A DNA stretch of 64,000 nucleotides from Actinomycetota bacterium (GTDB lineage Bacteria; Actinomycetota; Acidimicrobiia; IMCC26256; VFJJ01), in the NCBI GenBank assembly GCA_009886115.1, contig VFJJ01000045.1, positions 2,224-66,223 of the forward strand, in the 5' to 3' direction. The position numbers and the translations under genes are program-made. Shown piece after piece: positions 55,574-63,808 of this stretch; position 1 is the first letter of the stretch; every line of letters starts with the position of its first letter. Under the pieces are notes generated by a model, which did not search any database, was not told where the DNA came from, and was given only the letters and a program-made list of their open reading frames with translations.

Positions 55574-58500
55574 ACCCACCGGGGCCGTATTCGGAGTCGG
55601 GGCTGGTCGAGGAGCCGGCGCTCGAACTGCTCGCAGAACTCGGCTGGGAGGTCGTCAACGCCTGGAAGGAGTCGTTCGGCCCGGCGGGCACGCTCGGACG
55701 CGACTCGATGCACGAGGTCGTCCTCGTCCACCGTCTCCGAGATGCGATCCGGGTCCTGAACCCCTCCGTTCCGGACCAGATCCGCGAGGAGGGGCTCCAG
55801 GCCGTCACGAAGACGCGGTCGGCGATGGATCGGGTGCGCGCGAACCGCGAGGTGCACGCTTTGCTGCGGGACGGCTACCGCGCCGAGTGGACCGACGATC
55901 AGGGCGGCAAGGCCTACGCCACCGTCCGTTTCGTCGACTTCTCGGACTCGACGAACAACGACTGGCTGGCCGCGTCGCAGGTGTGGTTCGCGAGCGACAT
56001 GTACCGCCGCCGCACCGATGTGGTCCTGTTCGTGAACGGTATCCCGCTGGTGCTGGCCGAGTTCAAGGAGCCGAACCGGAAGGCCAAGGCGGCGTTCGAC
56101 GAGAACATCACCGACTACCGCGACACCATTCCCGACCTGTTCGTCCCCAACGGATTCGTGATCTGTTCCAATGGATCCGAAGCGAAGGTAGGCCCCACCT
56201 TCGCGTCATGGGAGTACTTCGGGGACTGGAAGGTCATCGACGCTGACGGCACCCGTGGTGTCGTCGCGTTGGAGACGGCCATCCAGGGCACCTGCGCCCA
56301 TGACCACCTGCTCGACCTCGTCGAGAACTTCACCGCGTTCATCGAGCGGCCGGGCGGGCTGATCAAGGTCGTGGCTCGCAACCACCAGTTCCTCGGCGTG
56401 AACGCGGCGATCGAGAACCTGCACCGGGTGCGGGCCGCCGGCGAGAAGCGCCTCGGCGTGTTCTGGCACACCCAGGGGTCGGGCAAGAGCCTGTCGATGC
56501 TGTGGTTCACCCAGAAGGTGCTGAGGCGAGTCCCGGGTGCCTGGACGTTCGTCATGGTGACCGATCGCACCGAGCTCGACATCCAGCTCCACGGCGAGTT
56601 CGCCGACGCCGGCGCGATCCCCGCCGAAGCCACCGTGCACGCAACGTCGACCGCTCACCTCCGCGAGCTGCTAGCCGCCGACCATCGCTACGTGTTCACG
56701 CTGATCCACAAGTTCCGCATCGACACCCGGGCCGGGGAGACGACCATGCCGGTGCTGTCGGACCGGTCCGACGTGATCGTGATCACCGATGAAGCTCACC
56801 GCAGCCAGTACGACACGTTAGCGCTGAATATGCGCCAGGCGCTCCCGAACGCTGCGTTTATGGGCTTCACCGGCACGCCGCTCATGTCGGGCGAGGAACT
56901 GACCCGCCAGCAGTTCGGTGACTACGTCACGGTCTACAACTTCCGCGACGCCATCGAGGACGGCTCAACCGTCCCGCTCTACTACGACAACCGGACCCCG
57001 GAGCTCCAACTCGTCAACGAGGACTTCTCCGAGGAACTGACCGCCCTGCTGGAGCAGGCCGAGCTCGACGAGGACGCCGAGGGTCAGCTCGCCCGCCGGT
57101 TCGGTCGGGAGTACACCCTCCTCACCCGCCCCGAGCGCCTGCGCACCATCGCCCGGGACCTAGTGGCGCACTTCGTGGGCCGTGGCTTTACCGGCAAGGC
57201 CATGTACGTCGGGGTCGACAAAGCGGCCGCGGTTCGCATGTACGGCTACGTGCAGGAGGCCTGGGCCGAGCACCGGGCCGAGCTCCAAGCCGCACACGAC
57301 GCCCTCCCGGAGCTGGAGCGGCCATGGCTGGCCAGCCGGCTGGCCCTGATGGACTCCACCGACATGGCGGTGGTCGTGTCACAGGGCCAGAACGAGATCG
57401 CCCAACTCGACGCCAAGGGCCTCGACATCCGCCCGCACCGCAAGCGGATGAACGACGAGGACCTGGCCGAGAGGTTCAAGGCCGCCGACGACCCGTTGCG
57501 GATCGTCTTCGTGTGTGCCATGTGGATGACCGGATTCGACGCCCCGAGCGTGTCGACGATCTACCTCGACCGCCCGATGCGCAACCACACGTTGATGCAG
57601 ACCATCGCCCGAGCGAACCGGGTGTTCCCCGAGAAGGACAACGGCCTGATCGTCGACTACATCGGCGTGTTCCGGAACCTCGAGGCCGCGCTGGCCATCT
57701 ACGGCTCGGCCAACGCCGAGGCCGGCGTGGACACCCCGATCCAACCCGTCGACGCACTTGTCGTCGCCCTCGACGAGCAGATCGAGGTCACCGTCGAGCT
57801 GTGCGCGGCGGCCGGTGTCGACCTTGCGGCGTTGCGAGACGCCACCGGGTTCGAGCACATCGCATTGCGTGACGCTGCCGTCGAGGCGCTGCTGGCCGAT
57901 GACGATCAGCGCGTGGCGTTCCTGGCCGCGGCTCGCCAGGTCCGCAAGCTGTTCAAGGCCCTCCTCCCCGACCCAGCCGCTGCCGCCCAGATGCGGACCG
58001 TGGCCGCGATCCGGGTGCTGGCCGAGCGCCTCCTCGACCTGGCCCGGCCCCCAGCCGCCGACCTCGACGAGCTCGCCGACGCCGTCGACGAATTGCTCGA
58101 CCGATCCGTCGGTGCGGAGGAGTACGTGATCCGCGCCGCAGCCGAGGGGAGCGAGCCCGAGGCGCTCATCGACCTGTCCCGGATCGACTTCGATGCCCTT
58201 GCCGCTCGTTTCGCCGGCCGCAAGCGCGCTGAGACCGATCGGTTGGCGGCCCTGCTCAAGCAACGGGCGGTCGCTGCCGCGACCCGCAATCCGACCCGCT
58301 ACGACCTCGTCGAGCGGATCGAGCAGCTCATCGCGGAGTACAACGCAGGCAGCCTCAACATCGACGAGTACCTCCGGCGCCTGATCGAGCTGTCGCAGTC
58401 ACTGACCGACGAAGAGCAACGAGCGGTCCTCGAGGGCCTCACCGAGGCCGAGCTGGCGATCTTCGACCTGCTCACCAAGCCCGACCCGGTGCTCAGCGAC

Positions 58501-59403
58501 ACCGAACGCACGGTGGTGAAGGCGAGCGCCAAACGCCTCCTCGCCCATCTCCACGACAAGCTCGTCCTGGACTGGCGACGCAAGGCGGCGACGACGGCCG
58601 ACGTGCGAGTGGCGATCCGCCGACTTCTCGATGAGGACCTGCCGGCAGATCCGTACCCGCCGGAGGTGTTCGACACCAAGGTCCAGGCCGTGTTCGACCA
58701 CATCACCTCGGCCTACGGCGACGACGGACGCAGCGTGTACGAGGGCATCTCGGTCGCACCTGCCAGGCCGGCGGGCGGCGTGGGGACGCTTCCGGCCGGG
58801 GCGCTCACCACGTCGGCCCTCACCGAGGAGGTCGTCGAGAAACTCCGTACCGACGCCGAGTTCGTCGCCCTCGTCGCTGAGAAGCTCGGGCTGGTCGGCA
58901 AGCCCGAGCTGCGGACCATCGAGGAGTTGATCGCCAACGACGAGGACTACGCCGTCGAGTTCAAGTCCACCGCCCGTTGGGACCTCCGCGAGAACCAACC
59001 GAGCAAGGCAATCGAGGACGCCATCGTCAAGACCGTGGCCGGCTTCCTCAACACCGACGGCGGGACGCTACTGATCGGGATCGGACCCGACCGCTCAGTC
59101 GTGGGACTGGGCCACGACTACGAACGGGTAAAGCCCAAGAACGGCGACGGCTTCGTCAACTGGCTGACCACCCACCTCGTCCACGCCCTGGGCCACCCGC
59201 CCGTCACCCGGGCCCGCGCCCGCATCGCGATTCACGCGGGCGCAGAGGTCTGCCGTGTCGACGTGGCCGCCTCGCCCGTCCCGGTGCGGGCGAAGACCAG
59301 CAAGGAGGACGGCGTCTTCTACGTCCGGCTCAACAACTCGACGAGAGCGCTGCCGGAGGACGAGGCCGAGGCTTACTGCTCCGAGCACTGGGCTGAACCA
59401 TGA
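55570..59403 (+). CDS. hsdR: type I restriction endonuclease subunit R fused to a C-terminal AlbA_2/Schlafen-like domain
   Basis: N-terminus SESGLVEEPALELLAELGW, helicase motifs WHTQGSGKS (motif I), VIVITDEAHRSQY (DEAH), FMGFTGTP, MQTIARANR. The C-terminal roughly 160 aa, AVEFKST.....I.KTVAGFLNTDGGTLLIGIG.D.SVVGL....FYVRLNNSTRAL, match the AlbA_2 pattern. At 1277 aa the protein is about 200 aa longer than the typical HsdR length I remember. GTGA overlap with hsdS. Confidence 0.88.
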   Translation: MNPPGPYSESGLVEEPALELLAELGWEVVNAWKESFGPAGTLGRDSMHEVVLVHRLRDAIRVLNPSVPDQIREEGLQAVTKTRSAMDRVRANREVHALLRDGYRAEWTDDQGGKAYATVRFVDFSDSTNNDWLAASQVWFASDMYRRRTDVVLFVNGIPLVLAEFKEPNRKAKAAFDENITDYRDTIPDLFVPNGFVICSNGSEAKVGPTFASWEYFGDWKVIDADGTRGVVALETAIQGTCAHDHLLDLVENFTAFIERPGGLIKVVARNHQFLGVNAAIENLHRVRAAGEKRLGVFWHTQGSGKSLSMLWFTQKVLRRVPGAWTFVMVTDRTELDIQLHGEFADAGAIPAEATVHATSTAHLRELLAADHRYVFTLIHKFRIDTRAGETTMPVLSDRSDVIVITDEAHRSQYDTLALNMRQALPNAAFMGFTGTPLMSGEELTRQQFGDYVTVYNFRDAIEDGSTVPLYYDNRTPELQLVNEDFSEELTALLEQAELDEDAEGQLARRFGREYTLLTRPERLRTIARDLVAHFVGRGFTGKAMYVGVDKAAAVRMYGYVQEAWAEHRAELQAAHDALPELERPWLASRLALMDSTDMAVVVSQGQNEIAQLDAKGLDIRPHRKRMNDEDLAERFKAADDPLRIVFVCAMWMTGFDAPSVSTIYLDRPMRNHTLMQTIARANRVFPEKDNGLIVDYIGVFRNLEAALAIYGSANAEAGVDTPIQPVDALVVALDEQIEVTVELCAAAGVDLAALRDATGFEHIALRDAAVEALLADDDQRVAFLAAARQVRKLFKALLPDPAAAAQMRTVAAIRVLAERLLDLARPPAADLDELADAVDELLDRSVGAEEYVIRAAAEGSEPEALIDLSRIDFDALAARFAGRKRAETDRLAALLKQRAVAAATRNPTRYDLVERIEQLIAEYNAGSLNIDEYLRRLIELSQSLTDEEQRAVLEGLTEAELAIFDLLTKPDPVLSDTERTVVKASAKRLLAHLHDKLVLDWRRKAATTADVRVAIRRLLDEDLPADPYPPEVFDTKVQAVFDHITSAYGDDGRSVYEGISVAPARPAGGVGTLPAGALTTSALTEEVVEKLRTDAEFVALVAEKLGLVGKPELRTIEELIANDEDYAVEFKSTARWDLRENQPSKAIEDAIVKTVAGFLNTDGGTLLIGIGPDRSVVGLGHDYERVKPKNGDGFVNWLTTHLVHALGHPPVTRARARIAIHAGAEVCRVDVAASPVPVRAKTSKEDGVFYVRLNNSTRALPEDEAEAYCSEHWAEP

Positions 59404-60071
59404 CGACGCCGCAATTCGGACTGCTGTTCCACTTCACCCACGTCGACAACCTGCCGGCGATCCTCGAAGCGGGCGCACTGTTGAGCGACACGATCGTGGA
59501 GGGACACGGGCTCCTGACGAACGAGGCGGGCGACCCGGCGATCAAGCAGAGGCGCCGCGGTCAGCCGGTGACCTGCTCGCGCGGAGGTTGCGTCGGGGAC
59601 TACGTGCCCTTCTACTTCGCGGCACGCTCGCCGATGATGTACGTCCTCTGGAGGGGGAGCGTGCCGTCGTTCACCGGCGACCACCGTGATCTCGTCTACT
59701 TCGTGGGCCACGTCGATCAGCTGGTGGGCGCGCCGGTGGACTTCGCAATCAGCGATCGGAACGCGGCGAAGGCGTATGCCGCGTTCAGCGACGACCCTCG
59801 CGTGCTCGGTGACCTGGCGGCCCCGGTACCCCAGTCGACGTTCATCGACTGGTCGTTGATGAAGGAGGCAATGTGGAAGGACACGCCGGACGATCCCGAG
59901 CGAATGGAGCGACGGATGGCCGAGTTCCTCGTGCACGGCCAGGTGCCCCTGGAGCTGCTCACCGGAGTAGCCGCGCGGTCGGACGACCGGAAGGCTATGG
60001 TCGAACGCCTGTTCGTGGAGTCGGGGTGTGGGCTGCAGGTGGTCGTCCGGCCCGACTGGTACTACTCGTAG
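59400..60071 (+). CDS. darT: DarT, DNA ADP-ribosyltransferase toxin (DUF4433)
   Basis: LFHFTHVDNLPAIL, GDYVPFYFAARSPMMY, FAISDRNA, RMAEFLVHGQVP (catalytic Glu context), C-terminal RPDWYY. The ATG overlaps the hsdR stop (ATGA at 59400-59403). Confidence 0.88.
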   Translation: MTTPQFGLLFHFTHVDNLPAILEAGALLSDTIVEGHGLLTNEAGDPAIKQRRRGQPVTCSRGGCVGDYVPFYFAARSPMMYVLWRGSVPSFTGDHRDLVYFVGHVDQLVGAPVDFAISDRNAAKAYAAFSDDPRVLGDLAAPVPQSTFIDWSLMKEAMWKDTPDDPERMERRMAEFLVHGQVPLELLTGVAARSDDRKAMVERLFVESGCGLQVVVRPDWYYS

Positions 60072-60084
60072 GATCGGAGTTGAG

Positions 60085-61185
60085 ATGATCCAGGAAGCGC
60101 ACGGGAACCTGCTCGACGCCAAGGCGGACGCCTTGGTCAACACCGTCAACACAGTAGGGGTCATGGGCAAGGGGATCGCCCTGCAGTTCAAGCGCGCATT
60201 CCCCGAGAACTACAAGGCCTACAAGCGCGCCTGCGACCAGGGGGCCGTCGAGCTCGGCCAGATGTTCATCTGGGATGCCGGCGCACTCGCGACCGATGGC
60301 CCGCGGTACATCATCAACTTCCCGACCAAGAAGCACTGGCGGTCGAAGTCGAAGCTGTCCGACATCCGTTCCGGACTCGACGACCTTGTCCGCCAGCTCA
60401 AGGACCTGTCGATCAGCAGCGTCGCCGTTCCGCCGCTGGGCTGCGGCCACGGTGGGCTTCGTTGGGAGGACGTGCGCCCGGTCATCGAGCGCGCCTTCGA
60501 CCAGGTCACCGACGTGCAGGTCCTCCTCTACCCGCCGGAGGGTGCACCCGCATCCGTCGACCAAGCCGTTCGCACCGACCGGCCCAAGATGACCTACGGC
60601 CGAGCGGCTGTGGTCGCCGTCATGGAGCGCTATCTCCCCTTCGCAGTCGACGTCACAGCCGTCGACGTCCAGAAGCTGATGTACTTCATGCAGGAGGCAG
60701 GCGAGCCGCTCAAGCTCGACTTCGCAAAGGGCAGGTACGGCCCGTACGCCGACAACCTTCGGCATGTGCTCCAGGGGATGGAGGGCCACTACATCCGAGG
60801 GACCGGGGATGGCTCGGCGAAGGCACTGGACTCGATCCCGTTCGAGATACTCGACGGTGCGTCCGCGGAGGCGGCCGCTGTGCTCGAAGCGCGCGTTGGC
60901 TCCAACGCCCACCTCGAGGTTGTCGCTCAGCTCATCGAGGGATTCGAGTCGACCTACGGACTCGAACTGCTCGCCACCGTGCACTGGGCATCCTTGCGTG
61001 ACGACGACGAGCACCGCCGGGCGGAGCCGCTAAGGCTCGATCAGGCCGAGCGCGTCGTCGGTTCCTGGAACCGGCGCAAGGAGCGCCTGTTCACGCCGAC
61101 GCACATCGCCAAGGCCTACGAGCGACTCCACGGCCAGGGATGGCTCGATCCACCCGTGCCCACCGGGTTGCTCACCGGCTCCTGA
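60085..61185 (+). CDS. darG: DarG, macrodomain DNA ADP-ribosyl glycohydrolase antitoxin
   Basis: N-terminal macrodomain GNLLDAKADALVNTVNTVGVMGKGIALQFK....Y, VPPLGCGHGGL, then a C-terminal DarT-binding-type domain. Start at ATG 60085 within track ORF 60028..61185. Confidence 0.88.
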   Translation: MIQEAHGNLLDAKADALVNTVNTVGVMGKGIALQFKRAFPENYKAYKRACDQGAVELGQMFIWDAGALATDGPRYIINFPTKKHWRSKSKLSDIRSGLDDLVRQLKDLSISSVAVPPLGCGHGGLRWEDVRPVIERAFDQVTDVQVLLYPPEGAPASVDQAVRTDRPKMTYGRAAVVAVMERYLPFAVDVTAVDVQKLMYFMQEAGEPLKLDFAKGRYGPYADNLRHVLQGMEGHYIRGTGDGSAKALDSIPFEILDGASAEAAAVLEARVGSNAHLEVVAQLIEGFESTYGLELLATVHWASLRDDDEHRRAEPLRLDQAERVVGSWNRRKERLFTPTHIAKAYERLHGQGWLDPPVPTGLLTGS

Positions 61186-61358
61186 CGCGATCTCTCGATG
61201 CCGTCGACGAGATCTGACATGAGCACGAACGCCGGAAGGAAGGACCTCCTTCGTGCGGCGCAGGGACTGTGAACTGAGTCTGGACCAGGCAGCTCACCCG
61301 GCTTCTTGGTCGACGTGTCCCGGAGCCCGATTGGCTGGCGCGGCACGGCACTGTCCCC

Positions 61359-61383
61359 GTGAGAAGATGCTGAGAAGATCCCG
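61359..61383 (+). promoter_or_regulatory. candidate integrase arm-type binding sites (P arm)
   Basis: GTGAGAAGATGCTGAGAAGATCCC matches 49308-49332 at 24 of 25 nt. It lies about 125 nt inside attR. Confidence 0.45.
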
Positions 61384-61507
61384 GCGGCAATCCGGGTAGA
61401 TGCCGGGTAGCGCCGGTCGCTCACCCGAGCGCATCGCCCCCGCTCAGGGGCACCATCAGGCCATCGCGGGCACGCCTGGTCAACCCCGGTCACCACCCAT
61501 CCGCCAC

Positions 61508-61551
61508 CTACGGATCAGAAGGTTGGGGGTTCGAGTCCCTCCGAGCGCGCT
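61508..61551 (+). repeat. attR core: second copy of the 44-bp tRNA-Arg 3' segment
   Basis: Identical to 49207-49250. Confidence 0.9.
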
Positions 61552-61673
61552 GAAGAAGTCCAGGTGGGAGTGTTGTTGGTCCGTTCCCCTGGGCGTCTGG
61601 GAGTCCGTTCTGCATCCTGGTGAGATCCAAAGTTCCGCAGAAGCGCTGCTGAGCGGATCTCACGGGAGGTCGG

Positions 61674-62078
61674 GTGCCCAGGTTCGCGGCGGGCAGCGAG
61701 ACAGCACCGTCGCTCTCCCACAGGTCACCGAGCCTGCCGACCCTCCGATGACATCCGGAACGATCGGATTGGAGATGCGCCAGAGGCCGGCATGCTCGCG
61801 AACCTCGACAGGATACGAACTCGGTGAATCGCCGGGTGGCGCCTCAGGCCGCCAAGACGCTGTTCGACCACCGGCACTACGTCACCCACTCCATTGGCCC
61901 ACACATCTCGGGGCGAAATCCTGCGCGACCTCGACGCCATCGCCTCGTGGCAGCGGGTGCTTGCGCCCCGTTCGGCCACGCCGACGCGACGCTCCTGTCG
62001 ACCCTCTACAGCCGCGTCACCCCGACTATGCGGCGAGAAGCCGCCGATCGCATCGGCCACGCGCTGTTCGGAGGCTGA
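61674..62078 (+). pseudogene. decayed tyrosine-integrase gene (frameshifts plus a large internal deletion), paralogous to 49360..50514
   Basis: Nucleotide similarity to the intact gene was read by eye. GTGCCCAGGTTC parallels ATGCCCAAGTTC. GCCAAGACGCTGTTCGACCACCGGCACTAC parallels GCCAAGACCCTGTTCGACTACCGGCACTAC. The 3' end ...GGCCACGCCGAC...CTCTACAGCC.CGTCAC.CC.AC.ATGC..CG.GAAGCCGCCGA.CGCATCGGC..CACGCTGTTCGG.G..TGA is retained, but the whole catalytic middle is missing. Confidence 0.8.
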
Positions 62079-62139
62079 GTATCAGCGACGCAGCTCGATT
62101 CATGGTTGCAGATATTGCAGTCGGTGGTACTCTTCGGCT

Positions 62140-62523
62140 GTGTCCGAGTCAGCCCTGACCACCCTCTCCGCCGAGAACCGGTCGCAGCGGGCGGTCGCTC
62201 GTCAGCTCGCCGCACAGGTAGACGACGGCTCGGATCTGGGGCACACGCTCCGGTTGGTGCTCGAGGACGTTGCCAGCGGGAAATCGGTTGTCATCCTCCG
62301 TCCGACGCAGGAGGTCACGCCGACCGAGGCGGCTCGTGTGCTCGGGGTGACCCGCCAGTTCGTCGATCGTCTTTGTGGTGAGGGCGTGCTTGCCTTTCGC
62401 CGGCTGCCCGGCAGCCGTCATCGCAGGATCCTCGTAGCCGACGTGCTCGCCATTGCGGCTGAGCGTGATCGGCGTCGTGAGGGTGCCGCCGCCATCCGAT
62501 CGGCGCTCGACGAACCCTCGTGA
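62140..62523 (+). CDS. helix-turn-helix antitoxin-like protein
   Basis: EVTPTEAARVLGVTRQFVDRLCGEGVLAFRRLPGSRHRRI (excisionase-type HTH). I chose the GTG at 62140 after an AT-richer stretch; the start is uncertain. The stop overlaps the PIN start (GTGA at 62520-62523). Confidence 0.6.
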   Translation: MSESALTTLSAENRSQRAVARQLAAQVDDGSDLGHTLRLVLEDVASGKSVVILRPTQEVTPTEAARVLGVTRQFVDRLCGEGVLAFRRLPGSRHRRILVADVLAIAAERDRRREGAAAIRSALDEPS

Positions 62524-62785
62524 AGGAACGTCGGCGCGATCGCGTCTTCGTCGACGCCAACGAGCTGTTCCCGTTTGCGGTGATGGACGTCGTGCTCGCC
62601 TTGGCCGAGGACCTGGTGATCAACTTCATCTGGTCCGAGGAGCTCCTCGACGAGTGGGAGCGCGTCATCGTTCGTGAGGGCAAGCGCACGGCCGAAAGCG
62701 CCCGGTCCGTGGTTCAGGCCGTTCGGTCCTACTTCGGCTCCGGCCGCATCGACCCGGCTGCGTATCGGGACCAAGTTGCTCGCAC
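62520..62785 (+). pseudogene. PIN-domain toxin gene, 3'-truncated
   Basis: The N-terminus RVFVDANELFPFAVMDVVLALAE.....IWSEELLDEWERV is PIN-like. After about 88 codons the reading frame runs into a 67-nt fragment homologous to the ImmA gene and then into Arg/Pro-rich nonsense. Confidence 0.6.
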
Positions 62786-62852
62786 TACCAGTGCCAGCAA
62801 CGCCAGGAGTGGTTCCACGATTACGCCCAGGCCAACCGCTTCGACCCGGTGC
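62786..62852 (+). repeat. 67-nt fragment of an ImmA/IrrE gene (65 of 67 nt identical to 50814-50880)
   Basis: TACCAGTGCCAGCAACGCCAGGAGTGGTTCCACGA(T/C)TACGCCCAGGC(C/A)AACCGCTTCGACCCGGTGC, compared by eye. Confidence 0.85.
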
Positions 62853-63269
62853 ACGACGCGCCCTCGACCGAGCCGACCACCGCATCGGCCAGCTCGTCGC
62901 CGACGGCAATCGCCGTGCCGAGCGGCTGCCGGCCTGGCGGCGCTGGCAGGACCAGTTCTCGGACGCTGCCGATCGGCTGCGGAGCATCGACGAGCGGATC
63001 GCCCGGACCGAGATGGGTCAAGGCGTTGGGCCCGACGGGTCCGCCACGCCGGGGCAGATGTCGGGGTCGATCTCGGCCCATAGGCCGCACCCGTCACGCC
63101 GCTCTCGTACTCTTGGCGCACCAACCCGAACGCCGGTGGGGAAGCACATCGTGGACTGGTCCACCCGACGGCCGAGGACTGCTCGGCTGGAAGTGCCTCG
63201 GCACCCGGGCGCTGTTCGTGAGCGCGGTCGACCTCAACCTGGGGGAAGCGCCACCGGCTGGAGACCAAG

Positions 63270-63617
63270 ATGGCGCTCCCTGAGACCGACGTGGCTCGCG
63301 TTCGCCGGTGGGTCGACGCTCGCAACGAACGCCTTCCCGAACGAGCTGTCGGCCAGATCCGCTACGAGATGGACGTCGACCCGCGGGCGATCACCATCCT
63401 GGAGTGCCGGCCGCCGTGGCGTGAGGACTTCGGGCCTGAGTGAACTCGGTTCCCCGTCGCCCGCCTTCGGTACACGAAGGTGCGGCGGGAGTGGGAGATC
63501 TACGGGCGGGATCGGAACCTCAAGTTCCGTGCCTACGACCTCGTCCCGCCCACGCCGAACGTCGAGACGCTGCTGGCGGAGATCGACGCCGACCCGACGT
63601 GCATCTTCTGGGGCTGA
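63270..63617 (+). pseudogene. DUF3024-family gene interrupted by an in-frame TGA at 63441-63443
   Basis: MALPETDVARVRRWVDARNE...ITILECRPPWREDFGPE-TGA-TRFPVARLRYTKVRREWEIYGRDRNLKFRAYDLVPPTPNVETLLAEIDADPTCIFWG stays in one frame. As I remember the family, the TGA sits where homologues have Trp (GPEW). Confidence 0.65.
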
Positions 63618-63808
63618 CCGGGGAGCGGGTTGGCTTCCGGACGGGTGCGGGCTCGAGTCGACAGAGCCGCTCGGTTCGCTTCATCGCCGACCACAGTCAG
63701 CGACCCGGGAGTCGAAGCCGGAGCATGATGAGACCTCGAAGTCACACAAATCTATAGGTACAGACATCTGTGGCGTTTGAAACTCAAGTTTCGATGTAGG
63801 ATTAGCGC

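Larger units (their letters stand above)
49207..61551 (+). mobile_element. 12.3 kb integrative genomic island at tRNA-Arg(ACG) carrying defence/TA cargo
   Basis: Perfect 44-bp direct repeats sit at both ends. A tyrosine integrase gene lies next to the tRNA, and an excisionase-family gene is present. A conserved 25-nt arm motif occurs inside both ends. The cargo is restriction-modification and toxin-antitoxin genes. GC content looks lower than the flanks by eye but was not computed. Confidence 0.85.

Noticed and set aside
61219-61272. 17-codon mini-ORF (MSTNAGRKDLLRAAQGL) after darG
   Set aside because: It is too short, nothing shows conservation, and it lies in the att-proximal arm region.
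61116-61496. 126-aa minus-strand ORF between darG and attR
   Set aside because: It overlaps the darG 3' end and the arm-site region, has an Arg/Pro/Ser-rich translation and carries no motifs.
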